A DNA stretch of 64,000 nucleotides from the NCBI GenBank assembly GCA_002784465.1, contig PFLE01000004.1, positions 8,494 through 72,493 of the forward strand, in the 5' to 3' direction. The notes under the pieces were generated by a model, which was not told the origin of the DNA, ran no database searches, and was given only the letters and a program-made list of their open reading frames with translations. The stretch is from Candidatus Shapirobacteria bacterium CG_4_10_14_0_8_um_filter_39_15 (GTDB lineage Bacteria > Patescibacteriota > Microgenomatia > UM-FILTER-39-15). The translations under genes and the position numbers were made by a program. Shown here piece after piece: positions 9,347-18,554 of the stretch; positions within the stretch are counted from its first letter, which is position 1, and each line of letters starts with the position of its first letter.

Positions 9347-10267
9347 TTGATAAACCGAATTGGAAATGTGCGCAAAAAGGATTATACTCTTTTTGTGAAG
9401 CCTTATCAAAAAATTCTGTTTTTTCTTTTTTTAATCTCTCTTGGGTTGGTGATTGGCATTTTGGTTCGTTCAAAAAATAGTTATCCGTCAACCAATCCAA
9501 TTGAAACGGGGCAACCCGTTGCCACCCAATCTGCTTTTTCTACCGCAGTTGAAGAAGCTCAAAAGAAAGAAGAAGAGAAACAACGTCAGCAGGAAGAAAC
9601 TAAAAAATTTATCGCGACTTATGGTCCGTGTCGTTTTGTCCCAGTTTTAATGTATCATCATGTTGCCAACAAATCCGGTTCTCTTTATGTCAGACCGGAT
9701 ATTTTTGCCAGCCAAATGAATTATTTAAACCAAAAAGGTTATACCTCGGTTACGTTGTCCGATGTGATGGAAAGCCTGATTTCCGGTAAACCATTGCCGG
9801 CAAAACCGGTGATAATCACTTTCGATGATGGTTATAAAGATATCTATCAAAATGCTTACGGAGTTCTTAATTTCAATAACCAAAAAGCGACACTCTTTAT
9901 TATCACTCAATTGTTGGGTGGTAGTGACTATCTGAATTGGGAAGAGTTGAGAGAAATGGCGGGCAATCCATTGATAACAGTTGGTGATCACACATTATCA
10001 CACCGCAGCCTTACTTTAATTACGGCAGCGGAAGTGAAGAATGAAATTGTTTCAGCTAAAAGCATCCTTGAAGCAAACCTGGGCGTGACAGTAAATACTT
10101 TTGCCTATCCATATGGAACATTTAATGGGGAAGCGGAACAAATTTTAAGTCAGTCAGGTTTTGCCGCCGCCGTGACCACTCACTACGGCTTAACCTGCGC
10201 CAAACTGCCCTTTGAAATTCCCCGTGTTCGGGTTGGTAATTCCCAGTTATCAGCTTACGGATTGTGA
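9347..10267 (+). CDS. Polysaccharide deacetylase (NodB-homology domain), membrane-anchored
   Basis: N-terminal TM helix, a KE-rich linker, and NodB motifs (ITFDDGYKD, TVGDHTLSHRSL). Confidence 0.75.
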   Translation: MINRIGNVRKKDYTLFVKPYQKILFFLFLISLGLVIGILVRSKNSYPSTNPIETGQPVATQSAFSTAVEEAQKKEEEKQRQQEETKKFIATYGPCRFVPVLMYHHVANKSGSLYVRPDIFASQMNYLNQKGYTSVTLSDVMESLISGKPLPAKPVIITFDDGYKDIYQNAYGVLNFNNQKATLFIITQLLGGSDYLNWEELREMAGNPLITVGDHTLSHRSLTLITAAEVKNEIVSAKSILEANLGVTVNTFAYPYGTFNGEAEQILSQSGFAAAVTTHYGLTCAKLPFEIPRVRVGNSQLSAYGL

Positions 10268-10281
10268 TTTAGCCTCTTTAC

Positions 10282-10302
10282 TGACAAGGTCTAACCTTGT
10301 CG
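10282..10302. repeat. REP-like palindrome variant TGACAAGGTCTAACCTTGTCG (copy 3; opposite orientation with a CTA centre)
   Basis: Read directly; lies downstream of the polysaccharide deacetylase gene. Confidence 0.85.
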
Positions 10303-10466
10303 TGCGCGGTGACGGACCCAAGTTGACCGGTCATTAATTTCTTTTGCCTGATTCGGGGTGACTGATTCCTGTTTTCTTGGGGTTTGGTCTAAGCCGGCTT
10401 CTTCTGAACTCATAATTTCATTTTACCATATTTACAAAATGAAATTTTCCTTTAAACTTAATAATA

Positions 10467-12035
10467 ATGGCAGGCAAAAGGACAATTGACTTTACGGTTT
10501 TGGTCGATCAATATCTCCATCATGATGGTTGGAAAGCTAAAGCGACTTCTAATTCCAATTATTCCCTGTCTGGTCTAATTTCTCATACTTCGGCTTCGGT
10601 CTTGGCAAATTATGCCTTACAGAATATTTATTCACCTGCTGCCCGTAAAGCTCACGAACAAGGGATAATTCATATTCATGATTTGGCTCACTCTTTAGTC
10701 GGTTATTGTGCCGGCTGGTCGCTACAAAAATTATTAATGCAGGGATTCGGCGGGGTTGACGGGCAAATTGAAACTAAACCGGCAGCCCATTTTTCCACGG
10801 CGGTTCAGCACGTAGTTTATTTTCTAAAATCGATGTATCAGGAATGGGCGGGAGCACAGGCTTTTTCTTCTTTTGACACGATAATGGCCCCGTTTATTTT
10901 TTATGATGAATTAACTTACTCGCAAGTTTACCAAGAAATCCAAAAACTGGTCTATTCTATTAATTTGCCTAACCGCTGGGGATTTGAAATGACTTTTTCC
11001 AATTTAACTTTTGACTGGATTGTTTCTAATGATTTGGCTGACCAGCCGGCAATTATTGGCGGAAAATTAATGAAGAAAAAATATAAGGAATTTCAGAAAG
11101 AAGCAGACATGATCAACCGGGCTTTTTTGGAAGTAATGCTGAAAGGTGATAAGAATGGCCGGCCGTTTACTTTCCCAATTCCGACTTACAATATTACCAA
11201 AGAGTTTTTTGAAACCAATGGCGACAATCAAAAATTATTATTTCAGGTGACAGCAAAATATGGCTTACCGTATTTTCAAAATTATATTGGGTCAGGTTTA
11301 GATCCTTCTTCTATCCGGGCGATGTGCTGCCGGTTAAATATGAATTTAAATGAATTAATGAAGCAGCCGGGGAATCTTTGGGCAAAAGGGGATTCAACCG
11401 GATCGGTGGGGGTAGTGACGATTAATTTGAACCGACTTGCCTGGGAAGGGGCTAGCGGCAAGGGGCGAGCGGCTAGGGAAGAAAATGCCAAAAAGAAATT
11501 TTTTAAGCTGCTCAAAAAATATATTAATATTTCTGCCGATTCGTTGGAGAAAAAAAGAGAAGTAATCGAAAAAAGTATGAAAGACGGTTTGATGCCTTAT
11601 TCTAAATATTATTTGGGAACTTTTAGAAATCATTTTTCCACTATTGGGGTTTGCGGCGGTAATGAGGCCTGTTTGAATCTTCTGGGTCAGGATTTGACGA
11701 CTCCGGAAGGACAGAAATTTATCCAGGAAACCTTGAATTTTATGAAAGAGGAGATGGTTAAAATACAAAAAAAGACTGGTCATTTGTATAATTTGGAAGC
11801 GACCCCGGCCGAATCAACCGCTTACCGTTTTGCCCTGTTGGACCAGAAACTTTGTTCAGGAATAAAACTGGCAGGATCTTCTGATTCACCTTATTTGACT
11901 AACTCAACTCAACTGCCGGTAGATTTTAGTTCAGATCTTTGGGAAGCTCTCAATTTACAAAATGAAATTCAGGCGGCTTATACCGGCGGGACAATTTTCC
12001 ATACATTTTTAGGAGAAGAAATGGAAGATTGGTAA
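10467..12035 (+). CDS. nrdD: Anaerobic ribonucleoside-triphosphate reductase NrdD (class III), main body, terminated by an in-frame TAA
   Basis: Class III RNR catalytic core. The ORF ends ...GEEMEDW with TAA at 12033-12035, and the glycyl-radical domain continues in the same frame 9 nt later. Confidence 0.8.
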   Translation: MAGKRTIDFTVLVDQYLHHDGWKAKATSNSNYSLSGLISHTSASVLANYALQNIYSPAARKAHEQGIIHIHDLAHSLVGYCAGWSLQKLLMQGFGGVDGQIETKPAAHFSTAVQHVVYFLKSMYQEWAGAQAFSSFDTIMAPFIFYDELTYSQVYQEIQKLVYSINLPNRWGFEMTFSNLTFDWIVSNDLADQPAIIGGKLMKKKYKEFQKEADMINRAFLEVMLKGDKNGRPFTFPIPTYNITKEFFETNGDNQKLLFQVTAKYGLPYFQNYIGSGLDPSSIRAMCCRLNMNLNELMKQPGNLWAKGDSTGSVGVVTINLNRLAWEGASGKGRAAREENAKKKFFKLLKKYINISADSLEKKREVIEKSMKDGLMPYSKYYLGTFRNHFSTIGVCGGNEACLNLLGQDLTTPEGQKFIQETLNFMKEEMVKIQKKTGHLYNLEATPAESTAYRFALLDQKLCSGIKLAGSSDSPYLTNSTQLPVDFSSDLWEALNLQNEIQAAYTGGTIFHTFLGEEMEDW

Positions 12036-12044
12036 TCGGCTAAA

Positions 12045-12290
12045 GTGTTAGTCAAAAAAATCGCCGAAACCACAAAAATTCCCTATTTTACCATTACCCC
12101 GACTTTTTCTGTTTGCAAAAAAGATGGTAGAATGAAAGGCAAAGTTGAGAAATGTCCCAAGTGCGGAGGCGAAACGGAAATCTACTCAAGAATAGTCGGC
12201 TACCTGCGTCCTTTAAACCGTTGGAATCCGGGCAAGGCGGAAGAATTTAAAGAAAGAAAAACGTTTGAGATTACGAGTCATTCTGAGTGA
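12045..12290 (+). CDS. nrdD: NrdD C-terminal glycyl-radical / zinc-ribbon domain (same frame as 10467..12035, separated by one TAA)
   Basis: Carries CPKCG and the RIVGYL glycyl-radical motif. Its last codons and the stop lie inside a GTCATTCTGAG hairpin repeat. Confidence 0.7.
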   Translation: MLVKKIAETTKIPYFTITPTFSVCKKDGRMKGKVEKCPKCGGETEIYSRIVGYLRPLNRWNPGKAEEFKERKTFEITSHSE

Positions 12291-12387
12291 CCCTTACAGG
12301 GGTAAACGAAGAATCTAGCAAGGTCAAGCTAAGCTTGACTAAGCGCGCTGCTAGATCCTTCTCCGGCAAAGCCGGATTAGGATGACT
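12277..12387. repeat. Hairpin repeat R, copy 2
   Basis: GTCATTCTGAGTGACCCTTACAGGGGTAAACGAAGAATCTAGC ... GCTAGATCCTTC ... GGATGAC. It supplies the last codons and stop of the nrdD C-terminal ORF. Confidence 0.75.
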
Positions 12388-12395
12388 AACAAAAT

Positions 12396-12818
12396 ATGTT
12401 AGTTAAATTTAAAAAACTAAAACCGGAAGCGTCATTGCCTAGATATGCTTACCCGGGAGATACAGGAATGGATATTTTTTCTGCCGAGGATTTTATTTTA
12501 AATCCCGGAGAATGGCATAGTTTTTCTACCGGTCTTGCTTCGGAAATTTCCCCGGGGTTTTTTATAAGATTTGCTCCCAAAAGCGGGTTGGCGGTTAAAC
12601 ACGGGGTTGATACTTTGGCGGGGGTAATTGATAGTACTTATCGAGGAGAATGGATGGTGGTTTTGGTTAATCATGGTAAAGAGCCAAAAGAATTTAAAAT
12701 TGGAGATAAACTTGCCCAGGCAATTCTGCAACGGTTTGAAATGACAGAAAGATTAGAAGTTAGCGAATTATCCGGCTCGCAACGCGGTCAAGGCGGGTTT
12801 GGAAGCACTGGTAAGTAA
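12396..12818 (+). CDS. dut: dUTP diphosphatase
   Basis: dUTPase motifs (GLAVKHGVDTLAGVIDSTYRGE ... SQRGQGGFGSTGK). Confidence 0.9.
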   Translation: MLVKFKKLKPEASLPRYAYPGDTGMDIFSAEDFILNPGEWHSFSTGLASEISPGFFIRFAPKSGLAVKHGVDTLAGVIDSTYRGEWMVVLVNHGKEPKEFKIGDKLAQAILQRFEMTERLEVSELSGSQRGQGGFGSTGK

Positions 12819-12834
12819 CGATAATAACTATAGG

Positions 12835-12855
12835 TGACAAGGTTAGACCTTGTCA
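12835..12855. repeat. REP-like palindrome TGACAAGGTTAGACCTTGTCA (copy 4; between dut and thyX)
   Basis: Exact palindrome read directly from the sequence. Confidence 0.9.
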
Positions 12856-12929
12856 ATAAAACACTTTAATTCCTCGAACATTTGTGATATAAACGCAGAG
12901 GACATTAACATTAAAAAAGGAGGCTTCAA

Positions 12930-13649
12930 GTGAAAATCCTAAAAGGACAGGGGAGTTTTGAGATATATGAAACTCCAGAAGAGTTGAGAGTTCAGTTGTT
13001 GAAGATCGAAAGGGTCGGCCGAACGTGTTATCAGTCAGAAAGAGAACCGATAACGATGGAAACAGCGATCAAGTTTAGCCGGATGTTGGCCAGTCGTCAT
13101 CACTATTCCCTATGGAATTTTGGATTTATGACCGTAAAGTTCGTGCATTGTTCGCGGGGGTTCACTCACGAGTTAGTTCGCCATCGTCTTGCCGCTTATG
13201 CACAGGAATCAACTAGATACGTGGATTATTCTGGTGGGGATGAACCAGATTTGAAGCATTTCGAGCTTAAGTGTATTGTTCCTCCGCATCATGACGAGAA
13301 TGAGAAAATCACACTTGATGATGGACGAATAATGACTTGTTTAGAGATGCTGGGGGAAACAGAAAGGTTCTATCGAGGATTACGTTCTGCTGGTTGGCTT
13401 CCTGATGCCGCGCGGCAGCTTTTACCAACTGCTATCAAGGCAGACATCTGGATCGAGACGAACTTTACCGAATGGCGGCACATTTTCGAAATGCGAACAC
13501 AGCTAGCCGCCCACTGGGAAATCCGTGCCGTCATGTGTGCCTTGCTTGAAGCGGTTCAAAAGATTATACCTGTCATATTCGATGATTTTGTTTTGGCCGG
13601 TACGGACAAGAATGGTCTGCGATATTACGAGCTGGCAAAACAGTCATGA
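12930..13649 (+). CDS. thyX: Flavin-dependent thymidylate synthase ThyX
   Basis: ThyX RHRxxxxxxxS signature (LVRHRLAAYAQESTRY). Confidence 0.9.
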   Translation: MKILKGQGSFEIYETPEELRVQLLKIERVGRTCYQSEREPITMETAIKFSRMLASRHHYSLWNFGFMTVKFVHCSRGFTHELVRHRLAAYAQESTRYVDYSGGDEPDLKHFELKCIVPPHHDENEKITLDDGRIMTCLEMLGETERFYRGLRSAGWLPDAARQLLPTAIKADIWIETNFTEWRHIFEMRTQLAAHWEIRAVMCALLEAVQKIIPVIFDDFVLAGTDKNGLRYYELAKQS

Positions 13650-13717
13650 AGTCTGCAATGCGCAGTAATTTTATAGATACTTATAAAGTTGCTGCGCTTT
13701 TTTATATAATAGTTAAA

Positions 13718-14383
13718 ATGAAAGGAATTTATCTTGCTTTTGAGGGAGGAGAAGGTTTTGGAAAATCAACTCAGGCAAAAATATTGTTTGAAAAACTAAA
13801 AGAGAAATTTCCCAAAAGAAAAATTATTTTAACTCGGGAGCCGGGAGGCAGTTCAATTGCCGAAGAAGTAAGAGAAATAATATTAACTTCAAGAAAAGAC
13901 GAGCAAATCCAATTATTAACTGAAGCCTATTTGTTTGCAGCTGCCAGAGCCCAATCGCTTCGGGAAAGTGTTGTTCCGGTTTTGGAGGAAGGCGGAATTG
14001 TAATTTCCGATCGTACTTTTTATTCCAGCATTGCCTACCAAGGTTTTGGCAGGGAATTAGGATGGAAAAAAGTCTGGAAAATTAATCAGGAAGCAGTCGG
14101 TAAAATAAAGCCTGATTTAGTTTATTTATTTGATGGTGACCCAAAAATTGGTTTAGATAGAATTTGCAAAAATAAAAGAGAAACAAATCGTTTAGATAAA
14201 GAAAAACTCGAATTTCATAAGCGGGTAAGAAAAGGATTTTTATTTTTATGCGATAAAGAACCAAAACGTTTTGTGACCATTGATGGTTGTTCAAGTATTG
14301 AGAAGCAATCCGAAATTATTTGGGCACAGTTTTGCAGATTTAATAGACGATCGGCGTATGATTCTGCAAAGATGGTACAATAA
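13718..14383 (+). CDS. tmk: Thymidylate kinase
   Basis: P-loop [15 protein letters not shown] and the LID/REPGG region. The start is placed at MKGIY; the ORF track extends upstream to 13646, overlapping the end of thyX. Confidence 0.85.
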   Translation: MKGIYLAFEGGEGFGKSTQAKILFEKLKEKFPKRKIILTREPGGSSIAEEVREIILTSRKDEQIQLLTEAYLFAAARAQSLRESVVPVLEEGGIVISDRTFYSSIAYQGFGRELGWKKVWKINQEAVGKIKPDLVYLFDGDPKIGLDRICKNKRETNRLDKEKLEFHKRVRKGFLFLCDKEPKRFVTIDGCSSIEKQSEIIWAQFCRFNRRSAYDSAKMVQ

Positions 14384-14387
14384 TAAT

Positions 14388-15743
14388 ATGGAAAATAAAA
14401 TTTTGCAACTAATTAAAAAAGAAGAACAAAGACAAGCTGATACGCTTATGATGATTCCCTCGGAAAATTATACTTATCCGGAAGTCCGGCAGGCGGTTGG
14501 GTCGGTTTTAATGCATAAATATGCGGAAGGCCAGCCTGGAAGAAGATATTATCAAGGAAATTCGGTGGCGGACCAGGTGGAAAGCGAATGCGAGAGATTA
14601 GCCCTGGAAGCCTTTGGATTAAATTCCGATCAGTGGGGTGTTAATGTCCAACCCTATTCCGGCTGTCCGGCTAATCTGGCGGTTTATAACGGAATACTCG
14701 ATATTGGAGATCGGATATTGGCTATGTATCTGCCTGATGGCGGGCATTTATCCCACGGGTGGCAAACTCCGGAGAAAAAAATCACTTTTGTTTCCAAAAT
14801 CTGGCAGGTGGAATTTTATCATGTAGATCCGAAAACCAGAGTTTTTGATTATGACCAAATTGAAAAACAAGCTTTAAAATTTAAACCAAAATTAATTATT
14901 TCCGGCGGAACGGCTTATCCACGGGAAATTGACTATCAACGTCTGTCGGGAATTGCAAAGTCTGTCGGAGCGTATTATATGGCCGATATTGCCCATGAAG
15001 CCGGATTAATTGCCGGTGGAGCCAATAAATCTCCTTTCCCTTATGCTGATGTGGTGACCATGACAACCCATAAAACTTTACGCGGTCCAAGAGGAGCGAT
15101 TATTATTTGTAAAAAAGAATTATTGGAAGCAATTGATCAGTCAATATTTCCTGGGTTGCAGGGAGGACCGCATTTACACACGATCGCCGGAATCGCCATT
15201 GCTTTGGAAAAAACCAAAACACCCGAATTTAAAAATTATGCTTTCCAAACAGTTAAGAACGCTCAAAGATTAGCCCAAAGACTAACGATTAAAGACTATG
15301 ACGTCGTCAGCGGGGGAACGGACAAACACCTTGTCTTGCTTGATTTAAGAAATAAAAATATCAGCGGTTGGTTTGTGGCTTGGGCTTTGGAAAAAGCGGG
15401 AATTATTATGAACCGAAACACCGTGCCAAACGACACCGGTTCGCCATTTTATCCATCTGGTTTACGAATGGGAACACCGGTCTTGACGGTGAGGGGGATG
15501 CGCGAAAAGGAGATGGATTTAATCGCGAGGTGGATAGATGAAGTGATACAGCACCTGGGTCCGAGAGAAATGCCGGAGAAGCAGCCCGCCTTGCTCGCCT
15601 CGCGGCGAAGCGGGCGGCGAGGCAGGGAAGCGAGAAGTAAGATGCGGGAGGAATTTAAAAAAGAAATTGAAAAAGATGAGTTTTTAAATAATATTAGTCT
15701 TCAGGTCAAAGACCTCTGCAATAAATTCCCCATACCAGGATAA
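14388..15743 (+). CDS. glyA: Serine hydroxymethyltransferase
   Basis: SHMT N-terminus ([37 protein letters not shown]) and the PLP-lysine region ([12 protein letters not shown]). There is a C-terminal extension containing a GA-rich repeat, and the stop lies within a hairpin repeat. Confidence 0.9.
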   Translation: MENKILQLIKKEEQRQADTLMMIPSENYTYPEVRQAVGSVLMHKYAEGQPGRRYYQGNSVADQVESECERLALEAFGLNSDQWGVNVQPYSGCPANLAVYNGILDIGDRILAMYLPDGGHLSHGWQTPEKKITFVSKIWQVEFYHVDPKTRVFDYDQIEKQALKFKPKLIISGGTAYPREIDYQRLSGIAKSVGAYYMADIAHEAGLIAGGANKSPFPYADVVTMTTHKTLRGPRGAIIICKKELLEAIDQSIFPGLQGGPHLHTIAGIAIALEKTKTPEFKNYAFQTVKNAQRLAQRLTIKDYDVVSGGTDKHLVLLDLRNKNISGWFVAWALEKAGIIMNRNTVPNDTGSPFYPSGLRMGTPVLTVRGMREKEMDLIARWIDEVIQHLGPREMPEKQPALLASRRSGRRGREARSKMREEFKKEIEKDEFLNNISLQVKDLCNKFPIPG

Positions 15744-15795
15744 GTCATCCTGAGTGTTTATTCTGTAAAGGGGAGCGAAGGATCTAGCGTCAGCG
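15744..15795. repeat. Hairpin repeat R, copy 3 (left half only)
   Basis: GTCATCCTGAGTG ... GCGAAGGATCTAGCG, located after glyA. Confidence 0.6.
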
Positions 15796-15819
15796 TTAAA
15801 TAACAATTATTATTTTATT

Positions 15820-16089
15820 GTGTTTGTTTATATTCTTACTAATTTTACCAATACGGTTTTGTATACGGGAGTAACGAATAATTTGGAGCGAAGAATTTGG
15901 GAGCATAAAAACCATCTTTTTAAGAACTCTTTTACTGATAAATATAAAATATATAAACTACTTTGGTATCAGGAATTTAATTCTCCGGAAGAAGCAATAA
16001 CCGCCGAAAAGAAAATAAAAGGTTGGACCAGACAAAAGAAGATAAATTTAATAATGGAATTAAATCCAGAATTTAAAGAATTAGGTTGA
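15820..16089 (+). CDS. GIY-YIG nuclease family protein (standalone, 89 aa)
   Basis: GIY-YIG core (VYILTN ... LYTGVTNNLERRIWEHK), flanked on both sides by GTCATYCTGAG-type hairpin repeats. Confidence 0.75.
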   Translation: MFVYILTNFTNTVLYTGVTNNLERRIWEHKNHLFKNSFTDKYKIYKLLWYQEFNSPEEAITAEKKIKGWTRQKKINLIMELNPEFKELG

Positions 16090-16092
16090 TAA

Positions 16093-16208
16093 AGAAGATT
16101 CTTCGTTACACTCTGAATGACCTAAAGAGAAGATTCTTCACTTTGTTCAGAATGACACCGATTCGTCATCCCGAGCACATTCGACAAGCTCAGTGCGAGG
16201 GATCTTCC
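16093..16208. repeat. Hairpin repeat R, copy 4 (rearranged: two right halves then one left half)
   Basis: Two ...CTGAATGAC / ...CAGAATGAC right halves followed by GTCATCCCGAGC ... GGGATCTTCC, between the GIY-YIG gene and folD. Confidence 0.65.
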
Positions 16209-16228
16209 AAATATGGTAAAATCAAAAG

Positions 16229-17092
16229 ATGGCCATTATTTTTGACGGAAAAAAATTAGCGGGAGAATTGGCAGAAAAATTAGATCGTGATGTTACTGAA
16301 TTTAAAGTTAAAACCGGAATTACTCCTAAATTGGTGAGTATTTTAGTGGGTGATGACCCAGCCTCGGTGCTTTATACCAAAATAAAACAAAAAAAGGCAG
16401 AGAGCGTGGGGATAGACTTTATTAAGAAAGAATTTCCGGAGAATGTTGAGCCGGAGGAATTGATTTCTGTTATAGAACAGCTAAACAAGGATAATTCAGT
16501 GCATGGAATTATGATTCAGCTTCCACTTCCCCGACAATCCGTAATTCGTAATTCGCAATCCGTAATCGTAGATACAATCAATCCTCAAAAAGACGTTGAT
16601 TGTTTGACTTCTGTAAATCTGGAATTGGTTAAACAAGGGAAACCTCGATTTCTTCCGGCGACCGTTCAAGCTATTTTTAAGATTATTAACCAAATACCCC
16701 GAGGTGCAGGTACGAATTCACCTTTAAGGTGTGAACGTAGTTATTGCGTAGTGGGATCGAGTGGAATGGTGGGGAAACCGCTGGCGGATTATCTGGAAAA
16801 TCAAGGATATCAGGTCAATCTTTGTGATGAATTTACCCCCGATATTTCCGTTTTTACCAAACAAGCCGATATTTTGATTTCTGCGACCGGAATTCCCAAT
16901 CTGATTAAAAAAGAAATGGTTAAGGCCGGTGTAGTTGTAATTGACGTTGGTTCGCCGGTAGGGGATGTGGATTTTGAAAATGTTAGTCAGGTGGCGTCAT
17001 TTATTACCCCTGTTCCTGGTGGTGTCGGGCCGTTAACCGTAATTTCGCTTCTTGAAAATACTCTTCAAGCATGCTATAATGCGCTTGCTTGA
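16229..17092 (+). CDS. folD: Bifunctional methylenetetrahydrofolate dehydrogenase / cyclohydrolase
   Basis: FolD motifs (VGDDPASVLYTKIK, HGIMIQLPLP, VVGSSGMVGKPLA). Confidence 0.88.
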   Translation: MAIIFDGKKLAGELAEKLDRDVTEFKVKTGITPKLVSILVGDDPASVLYTKIKQKKAESVGIDFIKKEFPENVEPEELISVIEQLNKDNSVHGIMIQLPLPRQSVIRNSQSVIVDTINPQKDVDCLTSVNLELVKQGKPRFLPATVQAIFKIINQIPRGAGTNSPLRCERSYCVVGSSGMVGKPLADYLENQGYQVNLCDEFTPDISVFTKQADILISATGIPNLIKKEMVKAGVVVIDVGSPVGDVDFENVSQVASFITPVPGGVGPLTVISLLENTLQACYNALA

Positions 17093-17290
17093 CAGAATCA
17101 ATAGCGATTCTGATTCTTGCAGCCCGTAAGGGCAGTAGAAAATTGTTAAGCCGCGTAGTTTAACGGCAAAACAACGAAAGTTATGTAGGTTCGAATCCTA
17201 TCACGGCTTAGCATTTAGCAAAAGATTACTCACACTCGATATTGCTCCCTGAAACCATAATCGAGTGGGGGAATAAGGGAGCATTTACAA

Positions 17291-18010
17291 ATGGAAATTA
17301 GTTTAAAAGAATTATTGGAAGCCGGTTGTCATTTTGGCCACCAAACCGTCCGTTGGAATCCAAAAATGAAGCCGTATATTTTTACGGCGCGCGAAGGCGT
17401 GCATGTTTTTGATTTGGTTAAAACAAAAGAAGGACTAGAGGCCGCCTGCGACATTGCCAAAACTACGGTGAGCCAAGGTGGATTGATTCTTTTTGTCGGT
17501 TCCAAAAGACAAGCCAGAGATATTGTCAGCGAGGTTTGTCAAAAAATTGGTATGCCTTATGTGACGCAAAGATGGATGGGGGGAATGATTACCAATTGGG
17601 ACCAAGTAAAAAAAAGCGTCGAAAAAATGGCCCAGTTAAAAGAAGGCCGGGAAAAAGGCGAATATAAAACCTATACTAAAAAAGAACAATTATTAATTGA
17701 CCGGCAAATTATGAAACTGGAAAAATTCTTTGGCGGCGTCGCCGGCTTGAAGGAATTGCCGCAAGCGCTTTTTGTGGTTGATGCCAAAAGGGAACTTTCC
17801 GCGGTGAAAGAAGCCAACCGCCGGGGAATTCCGGTTATTTCCATGGTTGATACTAATTCCGACCCCGATTTAATTAATTATGTCATCCCGGTTAATGACG
17901 ACGCAGTGGCGTCAATAAAATTGATTGTGGAAAAAATGGGAGAGTCTATTCAAGAGGGAATAAAATTAAACAAGGACAAGAAACCTGCAAACACTGAAAC
18001 ACTGAAATGA
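17291..18010 (+). CDS. rpsB: 30S ribosomal protein S2
   Basis: S2 N-terminus (LLEAGCHFGHQTVRWNPKM) in the rpsB-tsf order, with a C-terminal tail containing an AACACTGAA repeat. Confidence 0.92.
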   Translation: MEISLKELLEAGCHFGHQTVRWNPKMKPYIFTAREGVHVFDLVKTKEGLEAACDIAKTTVSQGGLILFVGSKRQARDIVSEVCQKIGMPYVTQRWMGGMITNWDQVKKSVEKMAQLKEGREKGEYKTYTKKEQLLIDRQIMKLEKFFGGVAGLKELPQALFVVDAKRELSAVKEANRRGIPVISMVDTNSDPDLINYVIPVNDDAVASIKLIVEKMGESIQEGIKLNKDKKPANTETLK

Positions 18011-18471
18011 TAACCGTATCCGTTGATTTAATAAAAAAATTAAGAGAAGAGACAAATGCGCCGGTGATGGAGTGTAAATCGGCGTTGCAGGAAGCCAATG
18101 GAGATATAGAAAAAGCTAAAGAAATTCTCAAGAAAAAAGGGATGGAAAGAGCCGATAAAAAAGCCAGCCGGGAAACCAAAGCTGGTCTTGTCGAATCTTA
18201 TACCCATAACAACGGCCGGGTCGGGGTGATGGTGGAGGTTTTTTGTGAAACGGATTTTGTCGCCAGAAATGAAGAGTTTAAAAAACTTTGCCACGAATTA
18301 GCCTTGCAAATCGCTTCAATGAATCCGGAATCGGTTGCCGATTTATTTGCTCAACCATGGATTCGGGATGAAAGCAAAACGATTGAACAGCTGGTAAAAG
18401 AAACAATCGGAAAACTGGGAGAAAATATTAAAGTGAACAGATTTGTGAGATTTGAGCTTGGAGTTGACTAG
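18007..18471 (+). CDS. tsf: Elongation factor Ts (short form)
   Basis: UBA-like N-terminus (LIKKLREETNAPVMECKSALQEANGDIEKAKEILKKKG) and a dimerisation core. Confidence 0.85.
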   Translation: MITVSVDLIKKLREETNAPVMECKSALQEANGDIEKAKEILKKKGMERADKKASRETKAGLVESYTHNNGRVGVMVEVFCETDFVARNEEFKKLCHELALQIASMNPESVADLFAQPWIRDESKTIEQLVKETIGKLGENIKVNRFVRFELGVD

Positions 18472-18541
18472 TCATTCTGAGCCGTAGGCGAAGAATCCAG
18501 CGAAGCGTTGCTTCTGGATCCTTCGTTGCACTCAGGATGAC
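18471..18541. repeat. Hairpin repeat R, copy 5 (compact, near-perfect)
   Basis: GTCATTCTGAGCcgtagGCGAAGAATCCAGcgaagcgttgcttCTGGATCCTTCGttgcaCTCAGGATGAC, between tsf and frr. Confidence 0.85.
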
Positions 18542-18554
18542 AGGATAAAGCATT

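Noticed and set aside
16496-16570. The CGTAATTCG tandem repeat in folD as an insertion
   Set aside because: The encoded segment (LPLPRQSVIRNSQSVIVDTINPQKDVD) has the same length as the corresponding E. coli FolD segment as recalled from memory, so it is probably not an insertion.
17149-17208. A complete tRNA gene
   Set aside because: Only about 60 nt lie between the acceptor-like ends, with no space for an anticodon stem-loop. It is kept as a tRNA-like remnant or element only.
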